From positions 2,940,553 to 3,004,552 of the forward strand of contig OZ257136.1 in the NCBI GenBank assembly GCA_965278995.1: DNA of 64,000 nucleotides. Direction: 5' to 3'. The stretch's first letter is position 1. The number at the start of each line of letters is the position of its first letter. The DNA comes from Gammaproteobacteria bacterium (GTDB taxonomy: Bacteria; Pseudomonadota; Gammaproteobacteria; Ga0077536). Of the stretch, positions 8,994 to 18,391 are shown piece after piece. The notes below the pieces were generated by a model that worked only from the letters and a program-made list of their open reading frames with translations, made no database searches and was not told the DNA's origin. The translations under genes were made by a program, and so were the position numbers.

Positions 8994-9171
8994 ACATCTC
9001 GAGCCTGTCCAACGCGTCATGCTTCCCGCGAGCTCGCTGTTATTCTCGGCCGCGGAGTGGGACACACCGTTCTTGAGGGTCTCGAACTGGCGGCTCTATG
9101 GTCGTTAGCGCACAGACTGCCGTCCGTTGAGCGCCGATAGTCGACGCAGCGTTCTGCTACGGGAGTACTGC

Positions 9172-9849
9172 ATGAACAAGCGCACAGGCTTAGGATATCT
9201 GTTGATCGGCGTCGCCCTGACAGGCTGCGCCGGCATGAACGACACGCAACGCGGCACGGCCCAAGGCACTGGTCTTGGCGCCGCGGCGGGTGCAGCTATC
9301 GGTGCTATCGCAGGTGGCGGAAAAGGCGCCGCCATCGGTGCGGCCGCAGGCGCGGCTGTCGGTGCCAGCGGTGGCTATCTGTGGTCGAAACGCATGCAGG
9401 ATCAGAAGCAAGTCATGGAACAGGCAACTGCCGGTACCGGCGTGGCCGTAACCCAGACTGCCGATAATCAGCTCAAACTCGAGATCCCGAGCGATGTTTC
9501 ATTTGACACCGGGAAAGCCGATATCCGGCCGGGGATGCGTCCGGTGCTCGACCGCTTCAGTCAGACGCTGGCGTCCAATCCAACGACAACCGTGCGGATC
9601 ACCGGGCATACCGACAGCACGGGCACCGACGCCGTGAACAATCCGCTGTCAGTCAGTCGTGCCTCGACCGTGCGCGATTACCTGACTTCGCGCGGCGTGA
9701 CGATGAATCGCATAGCCATCGATGGCCGCGGCGCGCGCGAGCCTGTCGCTGATAACGGCACCCTGGCAGGTCGCGGGATGAATCGGCGCGTCGAGATATT
9801 CGTCGCCGATGTCGGACCTGTCCCACCGGTTTCCGCTGCGCCATACTGA
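9172..9849 (+). CDS. OmpA family lipoprotein with glycine-zipper segment
   Basis: Lipobox LTGC. Gly/Ala zipper (GTGLGAAAGAAIGAIAGGGKGAAIGAAAGAAVGASGG). C-terminal OmpA-like domain (TGHTDSTGTDAVNNPLSVSRA...NRRVEI). Confidence 0.8.
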   Translation: MNKRTGLGYLLIGVALTGCAGMNDTQRGTAQGTGLGAAAGAAIGAIAGGGKGAAIGAAAGAAVGASGGYLWSKRMQDQKQVMEQATAGTGVAVTQTADNQLKLEIPSDVSFDTGKADIRPGMRPVLDRFSQTLASNPTTTVRITGHTDSTGTDAVNNPLSVSRASTVRDYLTSRGVTMNRIAIDGRGAREPVADNGTLAGRGMNRRVEIFVADVGPVPPVSAAPY

Positions 9850-9871
9850 TCTGCCAGTTCCGATATAGCGA

Positions 9872-10690
9872 GTGTCCTCGACCATGCTGCGCAGAATCTT
9901 ACCGTTCGCGGGGCTTATCGCAGCGCTGGTCGCAGTCGGTGGCTGTGCAACCACGACCACCGGTGGCGCGGTTGGCGCGACCCGTCCACAGCTACTGCTA
10001 GTGTCATCCGAGCAAGTCGACCAGATGGCTGCGCAAAGCTATACCAAACTGGTCACTGAAGCGACAGCGGGCGGGGTGCTGAACAAGGACCCTGCTCTGG
10101 TGAAACGTGTCCGCGGCGTGGCTGGACGTATTGCACCGCAAACCGCTGTCTTTCGCGCCGATGCGCCCGCCTGGAAGTGGGAAATCAACGTGCTCGACAG
10201 CCCGGAACTCAATGCCTTCTGTATGCCTGGCGGTAAGATCGTTTTTTACACCGGACTCATCGAGCAACTGAACCTGAGCGATGCCGAGATAGCCATTGTG
10301 ATGGGGCATGAAGTTGCGCACGCCCTGCGCGAACATGCTCGCGAACAGATGTCGCAGGCCCTCGTCGCTCAGACCACTATCGGCGCAGGTGCTGCGCTGT
10401 TGGGGCTTGGCCAAGGATCGGAGGATCTGGCAAGTGCCGGATATCAGGCCTTGATCGCGACGCGATTCAGCCGCAACGACGAAGCAGAAGCCGACCGCAT
10501 CGGACTCGAACTTGCCGCGCGCGCCGGATACGACCCCCGTGCCGGCGTCACGCTATGGAAAAAGATGATGTCCGCAAATCAAAATGGGCGCCCGCCCGAA
10601 TTCTTGAGCAGTCACCCGGCGGAAGCGAGTCGGGTTGCGCAAATCGAAGCGCTGCTGCCGACCGTGCTGCCGCTCTACCAGGCTCGATAG
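9872..10690 (+). CDS. M48 family zinc metallopeptidase lipoprotein
   Basis: Signal/lipobox VGGC, HEVAHALREH zinc motif, and downstream E (EAEADRIG). Confidence 0.8.
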   Translation: MSSTMLRRILPFAGLIAALVAVGGCATTTTGGAVGATRPQLLLVSSEQVDQMAAQSYTKLVTEATAGGVLNKDPALVKRVRGVAGRIAPQTAVFRADAPAWKWEINVLDSPELNAFCMPGGKIVFYTGLIEQLNLSDAEIAIVMGHEVAHALREHAREQMSQALVAQTTIGAGAALLGLGQGSEDLASAGYQALIATRFSRNDEAEADRIGLELAARAGYDPRAGVTLWKKMMSANQNGRPPEFLSSHPAEASRVAQIEALLPTVLPLYQAR

Positions 10691-10697
10691 CGACTGT

Positions 10698-12503
10698 TCA
10701 ACCTTCTATCGCGACGGCGTTCAAAATATCGAGAAAATCCTGCCCGTAGCGCTCGAGCTTGGCCTGGCCGACGCCGGTGACTTGCAGCATATCGCGCAAG
10801 GTCAACGGGTGTAGCGCCGCCATGTCGGCGAGCGTCCGATCATGGAAGATTACGTAAGGCGGTACGCCAAGTTCGTCAGCGAGGCGCTTGCGGCAAGCGC
10901 GCAGACGTTCCCACAACACGTTGTCGGTCATTGTGCTGGCCATCGCTTCGGACCGTCGCTTGCGAGGCGGCTTCGCTTCAGCGATATCCTCTCGCATGCG
11001 GACACCGGTTTCCCCACGCAGGATGGTACGTGCGCTCGTTGCGAGCCGGAGTGCGCCGTAGCGTTCGACATCGACGAACACTGCGCCCTGGACCATCAAC
11101 TGCCTTAATACAGAACGCCAGTGATTGGCGCTGCCGGTGGCACCGATACCAAACGTGCTCAAGTCGTCATGGCCGTGTTGGCGCGATTTATCGCTGGCAA
11201 CGCCGCGCAACACGTCGATGACGTGGGCTGCGCCAAACCGCTGACCGGTGCGATATACGCAAGACAGCAGCTTTTGCGCATCTTCGCTGGCATCAAATGT
11301 GGCGGGTGGCTCGAGACAGTTGTCACAGTTGCCGCAGGACGCCAGCGGCGATTCGCCGAAATACTCAAGCAGCGGACGGCGCCGACAATCGCTGGTCTCG
11401 CACCACGCCAGCAGTGCGTCAAGTTTGTTCCGCTCGATACGCTTGTGATCTTCGTCTGCAGTCGATTCGTCGACCATCTGCCGCAGCCGGACGACATCCT
11501 GCAGACCATAGATCATCCACGCTTCGGCCGGCGCACCGTCGCGCCCGGCGCGCCCGGTCTCCTGATAGTAAGCCTCGACGCTCTTCGGCAGATCGAGGTG
11601 CGCGACAAATCGCACATCGGGTTTGTCGATGCCCATGCCGAAAGCAATCGTCGCCACCATGACCACGCCATCTTCTCGCAGAAAGCGATCCTGATTGCGC
11701 GAGCGCTCGGCGGCCTGCAGTCCGGCGTGGTACGGCAGTGCAGTCAGTCCCCGCCCGCACAGCCATTCCGCCGTTTCCTCGACCTTGCGGCGCGACATGC
11801 AGTAGACGATGCCGGCTACGCCGGCTTGCGTCGCCAGAAACTGGGCCAGTTGCTGGCGCGCATTGCCGCGCGCGCGGACTGTGTAGCGGATATTCGGTCG
11901 ATCAAATCCGCCGACGAACCAGCGTGGCTGGTCGAGCGCCAGCCGGAGTGCGATGTCAGCCCGCGTGCGCTCGTCGGCAGTTGCCGTGAGAGCCATGCGC
12001 GGGACACCGGGGAAATGCTGGCGCAGGCGACCGAGCTCAAGATAATCCTGACGAAAATCATGCCCCCATTGCGAGACACAATGCGCTTCATCGATGGCTA
12101 TAAGTACCGGTGCGGCACGCTCGAGATCGGCCAGCGTGCGCTCCTGCAAGATACGCTCGGGCGCGACGTACAACAAGCGCAACTCATTGTTCAACAGCCG
12201 CTGACGGACTGCGTTCTGCTGTGGCCCGCTCTGACTGGAATTGAGGCACTCCGCGGCAACCCCGAGTTCACGTAGCGCCGCAACCTGATCGTGCATCAAC
12301 GCGATCAGCGGCGAAACGACGATCGCAAGCCGCTCCTGAACGAGGGCCGGGATCTGATAACACAAGGATTTGCCGCCGCCTGTCGGCATCAGCACGACGC
12401 TGTCCTGCCCGGCCAGCGCCGTGGCGATGGCCTCCGCCTGCTGTCCGCGAAAGGCGTCGTAGCCATAGACCTGCTTGAGAACGGCGAGCACAGCGGGGGA
12501 CAT
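10698..12503 (-). CDS. recQ: ATP-dependent DNA helicase RecQ
   Basis: Start at Met126 of ORF 10698..12878 ([22 protein letters not shown]...). Walker [15 protein letters not shown]-like [14 protein letters not shown], Zn-binding Cys cluster, and C-terminal HRDC. Confidence 0.9.
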   Translation of the reverse strand: MSPAVLAVLKQVYGYDAFRGQQAEAIATALAGQDSVVLMPTGGGKSLCYQIPALVQERLAIVVSPLIALMHDQVAALRELGVAAECLNSSQSGPQQNAVRQRLLNNELRLLYVAPERILQERTLADLERAAPVLIAIDEAHCVSQWGHDFRQDYLELGRLRQHFPGVPRMALTATADERTRADIALRLALDQPRWFVGGFDRPNIRYTVRARGNARQQLAQFLATQAGVAGIVYCMSRRKVEETAEWLCGRGLTALPYHAGLQAAERSRNQDRFLREDGVVMVATIAFGMGIDKPDVRFVAHLDLPKSVEAYYQETGRAGRDGAPAEAWMIYGLQDVVRLRQMVDESTADEDHKRIERNKLDALLAWCETSDCRRRPLLEYFGESPLASCGNCDNCLEPPATFDASEDAQKLLSCVYRTGQRFGAAHVIDVLRGVASDKSRQHGHDDLSTFGIGATGSANHWRSVLRQLMVQGAVFVDVERYGALRLATSARTILRGETGVRMREDIAEAKPPRKRRSEAMASTMTDNVLWERLRACRKRLADELGVPPYVIFHDRTLADMAALHPLTLRDMLQVTGVGQAKLERYGQDFLDILNAVAIEG

Positions 12504-12641
12504 GGAGGGTCGCAAAGGAATCAGGCGTCGGTGTCCGGGATCAAGCGCAGCATTATACGGCGTAATTCGTCTGCGGCCCGGGAGCGGCGCGGATTTCGTA
12601 TACTGTGCGTCGGGGAAATCATCACGAAGGACACGCCGGAC

Positions 12642-13409
12642 ATGCAACGCCTGCAGGACAAAATTGCCATCATTACCGGTGGTACCGGCGGCATCGGGCT
12701 CGCTGCGGCACGCTTGTTCATCGCCGAAGGTGCGCGCGTGGTGCTGGTCGATCAGACCCAGGCCGCGCTGGACGCCGCGGTCGCCTCGCTCGGCCCTCAA
12801 TTCGCCATGGGCGTCGTCGCCGATGTCAGCGACCCTGTTCAAGTCGAAAACTATGTCGCTGCGACTATCGCGCGGCACGGGCGCGTCGATGTCTTTTTCA
12901 ATAATGCCGGTATCGAGGGTGTCATCAAGTCGATAGTCGATTATCCAGTGGAGGAATTCGACCGTGTCTTCGCCGTAAACGTTCGCGGCGTGTGGCTGGG
13001 CTTGAAGTATGTCATTCCGGCCATGGCGAAAAGCGGCGGCGGCAGTATCGTAATCACGTCTTCAGTTGCCGGTCTGCGCGGCGTACCCAAACTTTCGGCC
13101 TACGTCGGCGCCAAGCACGCTGTCGTCGGCATCATGAAGTCGGCCGCGCTCGAATGCGCGAGCCTGAACATCCGAGTCAACTCGATTAACCCGGCTCCGA
13201 TAGCAACCCGAATGATAGAAGCGCTCGAGCAGGGTTACGCGCCAGGCTCAGCCGAAATCGTGCGCAAGAAGCTCGAACAGGGCGTACCTATGCGTCGTTA
13301 CGGCACGCCGGAGGAAGTCGCCCGACTGGCACTGTTCCTGGCAAGTGCTGAAAGCAGTTACATCACCGGCAACGCGTATCCCGTGGATGGAGGGACATCG
13401 GCCCAATGA
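12642..13409 (+). CDS. short-chain dehydrogenase/reductase (SDR)
   Basis: Start at Met118 of ORF 12291..13409. TGGTGGIG cofactor motif. Catalytic S...YVGAKHA (YxxxK). Confidence 0.85.
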   Translation: MQRLQDKIAIITGGTGGIGLAAARLFIAEGARVVLVDQTQAALDAAVASLGPQFAMGVVADVSDPVQVENYVAATIARHGRVDVFFNNAGIEGVIKSIVDYPVEEFDRVFAVNVRGVWLGLKYVIPAMAKSGGGSIVITSSVAGLRGVPKLSAYVGAKHAVVGIMKSAALECASLNIRVNSINPAPIATRMIEALEQGYAPGSAEIVRKKLEQGVPMRRYGTPEEVARLALFLASAESSYITGNAYPVDGGTSAQ

Positions 13410-13816
13410 ACACCTTTGCGCTCGACCCGCACCTGCAGCGTGAATGTTTCGCTCTCGGCCGACGTGGTACCAGCCATATTCTGCTGATGAACAACGCCGC
13501 CGTGCCGTGGTTTCTGATCGTGCCTGAAACAACGGTCGCCGAGCTGTACGAACTCGACGCGACGGAACAAGACACACTGCGAAACGACATCAACGATCTC
13601 TCGCGCTTCATCAAGGCCCACTTCGCAGCCACCAAAATTAATGTCGGCGCCATGGGTAATATCGTCAAACAGCTGCACATCCATGTTATCGGGCGAAATA
13701 CCGCCGACTACTGCTGGCCTGGCGTAGTGTGGGGCACGACTGCACCAGCCAAATATTCCACCCAGCGCGTCAACGAAATTCGCGCACTGGCGGTTGCTCA
13801 CGGCGGGGTCACTTGA
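13406..13816 (+). CDS. HIT (histidine triad) family protein
   Basis: HIHVIGR histidine-triad motif. 4-nt overlap with the SDR stop. Confidence 0.8.
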   Translation: MNTFALDPHLQRECFALGRRGTSHILLMNNAAVPWFLIVPETTVAELYELDATEQDTLRNDINDLSRFIKAHFAATKINVGAMGNIVKQLHIHVIGRNTADYCWPGVVWGTTAPAKYSTQRVNEIRALAVAHGGVT

Positions 13817-13855
13817 TGACCGCGACCACACTTCACTGCGACGGCGCCTGCTGCA

Positions 13856-14041
13856 ATGGGTGATGTACTGCCGTTCAAAGCGCCGCCGAAAGCAAAAAAA
13901 ACCGGCGGCAAAACGCTGTGCAAGAGTGGCTTTCACAAGTGGATTGCCGATAGCCGCAAGCAGTTCGATGTCAAACAGGGCCGCCTGGTCACGATTCAAC
14001 GCTGCGAACGTTGCGGGTTCACGCGCACGACGCTCACCTGA
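13856..14041 (+). CDS. small hypothetical protein with putative zinc-ribbon (C-x5-H ... C-x2-C)
   Basis: 61-aa ORF that exactly fills the hit-rapA gap. Basic N-terminus, then LCKSGFHKW ... CERCG. No family recognised with confidence. Confidence 0.35.
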   Translation: MGDVLPFKAPPKAKKTGGKTLCKSGFHKWIADSRKQFDVKQGRLVTIQRCERCGFTRTTLT

Positions 14042-14084
14042 GGCGGGCCCACAAGAGCGCCGCGTTTGCTATCATGCGCGGCCC

Positions 14085-16928
14085 ATGACACTCGACTGCC
14101 AACCTGGCCAGCGCTGGATCAGCAACACCGAACCCGAACTCGGGCTCGGTATCGTGTTTGAGGTCGCCAACCGACGCGTCGTGCTGAATTTTCCAGCGGG
14201 CGACGAACGGCGTACTTATGCGCTCGACAATGCCCCGCTGACGCGCGTGCGCTATCGCACCGCAGACTGCATCCGCGCCGAAGACGGCACCGAATTCATC
14301 GTCTCGGCAATCAAGGAAGTCGATCACTGCCTGATTTACACCGGTATCGATGCGCGTGGCCAGGCCGCCACCCTGCACGAGATCGACCTAAACAGCTTCG
14401 TGCAGTTCAGTCGGCCGCTCGACCGTTTATTTACCGGCCAGATCGACAAGGCCGCGCGCTACCGTTTGCGCGCGCTGTCGCTGGTCCACCAGCATCGCCA
14501 TCGCGCCTCGCCGGCGTGTGGTCTGATCGGGCCACGGGTCGAGCTGCTGGCCCATCAGTTCTATATCGCCGACGAAGTCGCTGGCCGCCACGCACCGCGC
14601 GTACTGCTGGCCGACGAAGTCGGTCTCGGCAAAACAATTGAAGCCGGCCTTATCGTGCATCGACAATTGCTGCTTGGCCGCGCCGAAAGAGTGCTGATAG
14701 TCGTGCCGGAAAATCTCGTCCACCAGTGGCTGGTCGAGATGTTGCGGCGATTTAATCTGAAATTCTCCATCCTCGACGAGGAAACCTGCGAAGAACTCGA
14801 AGCGTCCGACGAGAGCAATCCGTTCGAATCCGCGCAGCTCGTCCTGAGCCCATTGTCGTTGCTGACCGGAAACCCGGAGCGTCAAGCGCAGGCGCAGGCC
14901 GCGGGCTGGGATTTGCTGATCGTCGACGAAGCGCATCATCTGGCCTGGACTCCCGCCGAAAGCAGCCCGGCGTACGCTGCCATCGAGGGCCTGGCCGCCC
15001 AGGTCAGCGGACTGCTGTTGCTGACCGCGACACCGCAACAGCTTGGTATCGAAGGTCACTTCGCCCGCTTGCGATTGCTCGATCCTCATCGATATGCGTC
15101 GCTTGAGCGCTATCTCGACGAAGAACGTCAGTATGCAACAGTCAGCGAACTCGTGTGTCGGCTCGGCGACAGCGACGCCGGTGTCAATGCTGATACGCTG
15201 GCAGCAGTTGCCGCCTATCTCGGCGACGAGCGTGCCAGTGCATTGACCAATACTACGTCGGACGCGGCGCTGGCGGTAGTCGTTCAGAGCCTGGTGCGCG
15301 AACTGCTCGACCACCATGGCACCGGGCGCGTACTGTTCCGCAATTGTCGCGACAACATCAGCGGTTTTCCTGAAAGACATTTGAACGTCGCCTCGCTGGT
15401 CCTGCCGGCTGTTTATGCCGAGCGCGGCGGCAGTGTTCGCGACAGCCTGACGCCGGAGCGCAATCTAGGCGATGACTGGATCAGTTTCGACCCGCGAGTC
15501 GAATGGCTCGAGCGCTGGTTGACCGAGCATCGGCGCGAGAAAACGCTTGTGATCTGTGCCTTGGCCGATACCGCGCAAAGTCTGGAAGCATGGCTGCGAC
15601 TGCGACGCGGCGTTCGCGCCACGGTATTTCATGAAGGGATGGACCTCGTCGCCCGCGATCGGGCCGCCGCTTATTTCGCCGATCCGGAAGAAGACGCGCA
15701 GGTCATGATCTGCTCTGAAATCGGCAGCGAGGGCCGCAATTTCCAGTTCGCCAGCCACCTTGTGCTGTTCGATCTGCCGGCCAACCCGGATCTTCTCGAA
15801 CAGCGCATCGGTCGGCTCGACCGCATCGGTCAACGACACACGGTCGAGATCCATGTGCCGTGCTTTGAACACCATGCCGCCAGCGTATTGCTGTCGTGGT
15901 TGCACGACGGCATCGACGCATTCGAGCACATTTGTCCGGCAGGTCCAGCCTTGGCCGCCGAATTCGGCGAACAACTCGCATTTTGCATGGCAGCGCCGGA
16001 CCAAACTGCACCGTTAAACCTGCTGCTCGAGCAGACGCGCGAACGGGCAACGGTTACGCGTGAGCTGCTGCAGAGAGGCCGCGATCGCCTGCTCGAGCTG
16101 AATTCCTTTGACGCTGCGCGCGCTGCCACGATCATGAGTGAGGTTGCCGCTGCCGAGCAGACTGTCGCACTGCGCGAGTATATGGACCAGGTGTTCAGCG
16201 AGTTCGGCGTCGAACACGAAGAGAACGGCGAGCACAGCCTGGTCCTGCAGCCCGGCGACCATATGAGCTGCGAGGAATTTCCAGGTCTACCTGAAGGCGG
16301 TCTGACAGTGACGTTCGAGCGTGCCCAGGCGTTAGCGCGCGACGACATGCATTTTTTGACCTGGGAGCACCCCATGGTCGCAGGCGCCATCGACATGGTA
16401 CTCGGCAGCGAGTTCGGCAATGCGACTTTCGGTGTCGTAAAAGCGGCGGGTCTCGCGCCCGGCAGCCTGCTTATCGAAACGCAGTTCGTGGTCGTATGCC
16501 CCGCGCCGCGTGGACTGAATGTACAGCGTTTTGTCCCGCGATCGTCCCTGCGCGTGGTTGTCGACGCAGCTGGAGAGGATGTCAGCGCTGCCCGCAGTTC
16601 GGCGTGGTTCGACGAAGCGTTGCGCGATGTTCCGCTGGCAACAGCGCAGAAAGTCGCCAGCCGCATGCGTGACAGAATTGCAGCACAGGTCGACCACGCG
16701 GCACACATGGCCGAAGTGCAGCAGGAGGGTCTGGTCCGGCAGGCAGTGCAGCGCATGAACGCGCAGTTCGAGGGAGAAATTGCCCGTCTGCGACAGCTCG
16801 CGCGCGTGAATCCGAACATCCGTGAAGATGAAATCACTCACCTCGAGCAGCAGCGCCGAGATTTCGAGCGCTACCTGCGTGGTGCACAACTCAAATTCGA
16901 TGCAGTGCGGATTGCGGTTGCGACCTGA
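14085..16928 (+). CDS. rapA: RNA polymerase-associated SWI2/SNF2 ATPase RapA (HepA)
   Basis: Start at Met98 of ORF 13794..16928. N-terminus GQRWISNTEPELGLGIV matches RapA. Helicase motifs LLADEVGLGKTIEAG and DEAHHL are present; about 947 aa. Confidence 0.9.
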   Translation: MTLDCQPGQRWISNTEPELGLGIVFEVANRRVVLNFPAGDERRTYALDNAPLTRVRYRTADCIRAEDGTEFIVSAIKEVDHCLIYTGIDARGQAATLHEIDLNSFVQFSRPLDRLFTGQIDKAARYRLRALSLVHQHRHRASPACGLIGPRVELLAHQFYIADEVAGRHAPRVLLADEVGLGKTIEAGLIVHRQLLLGRAERVLIVVPENLVHQWLVEMLRRFNLKFSILDEETCEELEASDESNPFESAQLVLSPLSLLTGNPERQAQAQAAGWDLLIVDEAHHLAWTPAESSPAYAAIEGLAAQVSGLLLLTATPQQLGIEGHFARLRLLDPHRYASLERYLDEERQYATVSELVCRLGDSDAGVNADTLAAVAAYLGDERASALTNTTSDAALAVVVQSLVRELLDHHGTGRVLFRNCRDNISGFPERHLNVASLVLPAVYAERGGSVRDSLTPERNLGDDWISFDPRVEWLERWLTEHRREKTLVICALADTAQSLEAWLRLRRGVRATVFHEGMDLVARDRAAAYFADPEEDAQVMICSEIGSEGRNFQFASHLVLFDLPANPDLLEQRIGRLDRIGQRHTVEIHVPCFEHHAASVLLSWLHDGIDAFEHICPAGPALAAEFGEQLAFCMAAPDQTAPLNLLLEQTRERATVTRELLQRGRDRLLELNSFDAARAATIMSEVAAAEQTVALREYMDQVFSEFGVEHEENGEHSLVLQPGDHMSCEEFPGLPEGGLTVTFERAQALARDDMHFLTWEHPMVAGAIDMVLGSEFGNATFGVVKAAGLAPGSLLIETQFVVVCPAPRGLNVQRFVPRSSLRVVVDAAGEDVSAARSSAWFDEALRDVPLATAQKVASRMRDRIAAQVDHAAHMAEVQQEGLVRQAVQRMNAQFEGEIARLRQLARVNPNIREDEITHLEQQRRDFERYLRGAQLKFDAVRIAVAT

Positions 16929-17015
16929 GCTGCTGGCCGACACCGTCTGGCCTCACAAGCAGCCGATCATAGCGGTCCACATGTCTACTCTGCACTTCGA
17001 TGTCCGGGCTTGCCT

Positions 17016-17219
17016 TTACTGTCGCTCCTTCCCCAGGTTGTTCAGTATTTCGGCCCGGCACAGTACCAGCACTGCGACCAACGCAACTGTTCCGAGCACC
17101 AGCCACGAGAGCAAATCGTAAACGCCGTCCGCGAGCAGCGCGCTGCCTAGACCTGCAGCAGTGGCGATAGCGAGGAGTGACGGCCACCGCCAGGTTTTCG
17201 CACTACCTACACCGTTCAC
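17016..17219 (-). CDS. small 2-TM membrane protein (DUF3325-like, PepSY-associated)
   Basis: 67 aa with two hydrophobic helices. Start overlaps the PepSY gene stop by 4 nt, the usual arrangement downstream of PepSY-TM genes. Confidence 0.3.
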   Translation of the reverse strand: MNGVGSAKTWRWPSLLAIATAAGLGSALLADGVYDLLSWLVLGTVALVAVLVLCRAEILNNLGKERQ

Positions 17220-18391
17220 ACCGATGCCTCGTGCGCTTGAAACTCAGGCGCACGCAGGCGCAATTCGAGCGGTTGTCGTCGCCGCTTCCACCAGAGATAA
17301 AGTCCGCTGGTCAGCACGACGATGAGAACGACATCGAGAATGGCCCAGATGATCTTGAGCGGCATGCCGCCGTAGTCGCCGAAGTGCAGCGGCTGCGACA
17401 CCAGCAGCGCGGTGATGTACCAGGGCATGTCGCGTGACGCGCTGACAGTTGCGGTCGCTGCATCAACCAGCACCGGCTTCAACAATCTCGCCGTCAATGG
17501 CTCGCGCCCACGCATGAACACGGCGTAGTGATGATCGCCGGCAAATGCAGTGCCGGGAAATGCAGCGAAAGACAACTCCATGGTCGGCTCGGTGGCCTCG
17601 GCGGCAGCAACACTTTGCGCAAATGAGGCATGGACGGTTGGACCGGGCGTGCCACGGTAAGGCGCAGTCATCGCGGCGAGTTCGTCGAATTGCCAGAACT
17701 TCAGCAACAAATCTGCCCAGGTGTTGAGCATGCCGGTCGTACCCACCACGAGCACCCAGGTCACCGTCACGATGCCCAGCGCGTTGTGCAGATCGAGCCA
17801 TCTCGAACGGCGGCCGCTGTCGCGACGGACAGCGGCAAACGAACGCCCGCGGAGGAACGGCGCATAAATCACGATTCCGGAGATCGAAGCAACCAGAAAG
17901 AGCAGGGCCATCAATCCGAGGAACAATTTGCCGGGCAGGCCGGCGAACATGTCGATATGCAATTGCAGGAGAAAATCGAGCAGCCCGCCTTCGCCGAAAC
18001 GTTGCTGACCAAGCACCGTCCCGGTGTGCAGATCGACATAGACACCGGTGTCTTCGGTGAACGGCGCCTCGGGTGTCTTGCCCATGCCGACATAGATTTG
18101 TTCGTTATCGCCCGGCTCACGGAACACCAGATGGACATAGTCGCCTGGTCGCTCGGCTCGCGCTGCATCGAGGATGCGATCGAGACTGACCATCGGCGTG
18201 CCGGACGGAACCTCGGCCGGAGCAGCCAGATCGCTGAACAGTGGCTCGAGCTCATGGTGGAAAATGATCGGCAGTCCCGTCAACCCGAGCATCAGCAGGA
18301 ACAGCGTGCAGATCAGGCTGGTCCAGGTGTGCACCCGGCACCATAGACGGAGTGCACGCGGTGATAGTCTGCTTGGGCGCGCCGACATCAA
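17216..18391 (-). CDS. PepSY-associated TM helix domain protein (FoxB-like putative siderophore-interacting membrane protein)
   Basis: N-terminus RLWCRVHTWTSLICTLFLLMLGLTGLPIIFHHELE is typical of PepSY_TM proteins. Has 4 TM segments with conserved His residues. Start overlaps the TonB receptor stop by 4 nt. Confidence 0.75.
   Translation of the reverse strand: MMSARPSRLSPRALRLWCRVHTWTSLICTLFLLMLGLTGLPIIFHHELEPLFSDLAAPAEVPSGTPMVSLDRILDAARAERPGDYVHLVFREPGDNEQIYVGMGKTPEAPFTEDTGVYVDLHTGTVLGQQRFGEGGLLDFLLQLHIDMFAGLPGKLFLGLMALLFLVASISGIVIYAPFLRGRSFAAVRRDSGRRSRWLDLHNALGIVTVTWVLVVGTTGMLNTWADLLLKFWQFDELAAMTAPYRGTPGPTVHASFAQSVAAAEATEPTMELSFAAFPGTAFAGDHHYAVFMRGREPLTARLLKPVLVDAATATVSASRDMPWYITALLVSQPLHFGDYGGMPLKIIWAILDVVLIVVLTSGLYLWWKRRRQPLELRLRAPEFQAHEASV

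Noticed and set aside
11121-12275. 384-aa ORF antisense to recQ
   Set aside because: Same reasoning: a high-GC artefact. RecQ motifs unambiguously define the coding strand.
14427-16837. Long antisense ORFs inside rapA (14427..15380, 317 aa; 15830..16837, 335 aa)
   Set aside because: They lie entirely within and opposite to a well-supported conserved gene. Their Arg/Ala/Ser-rich composition is typical of high-GC antisense frames, with no domain features.
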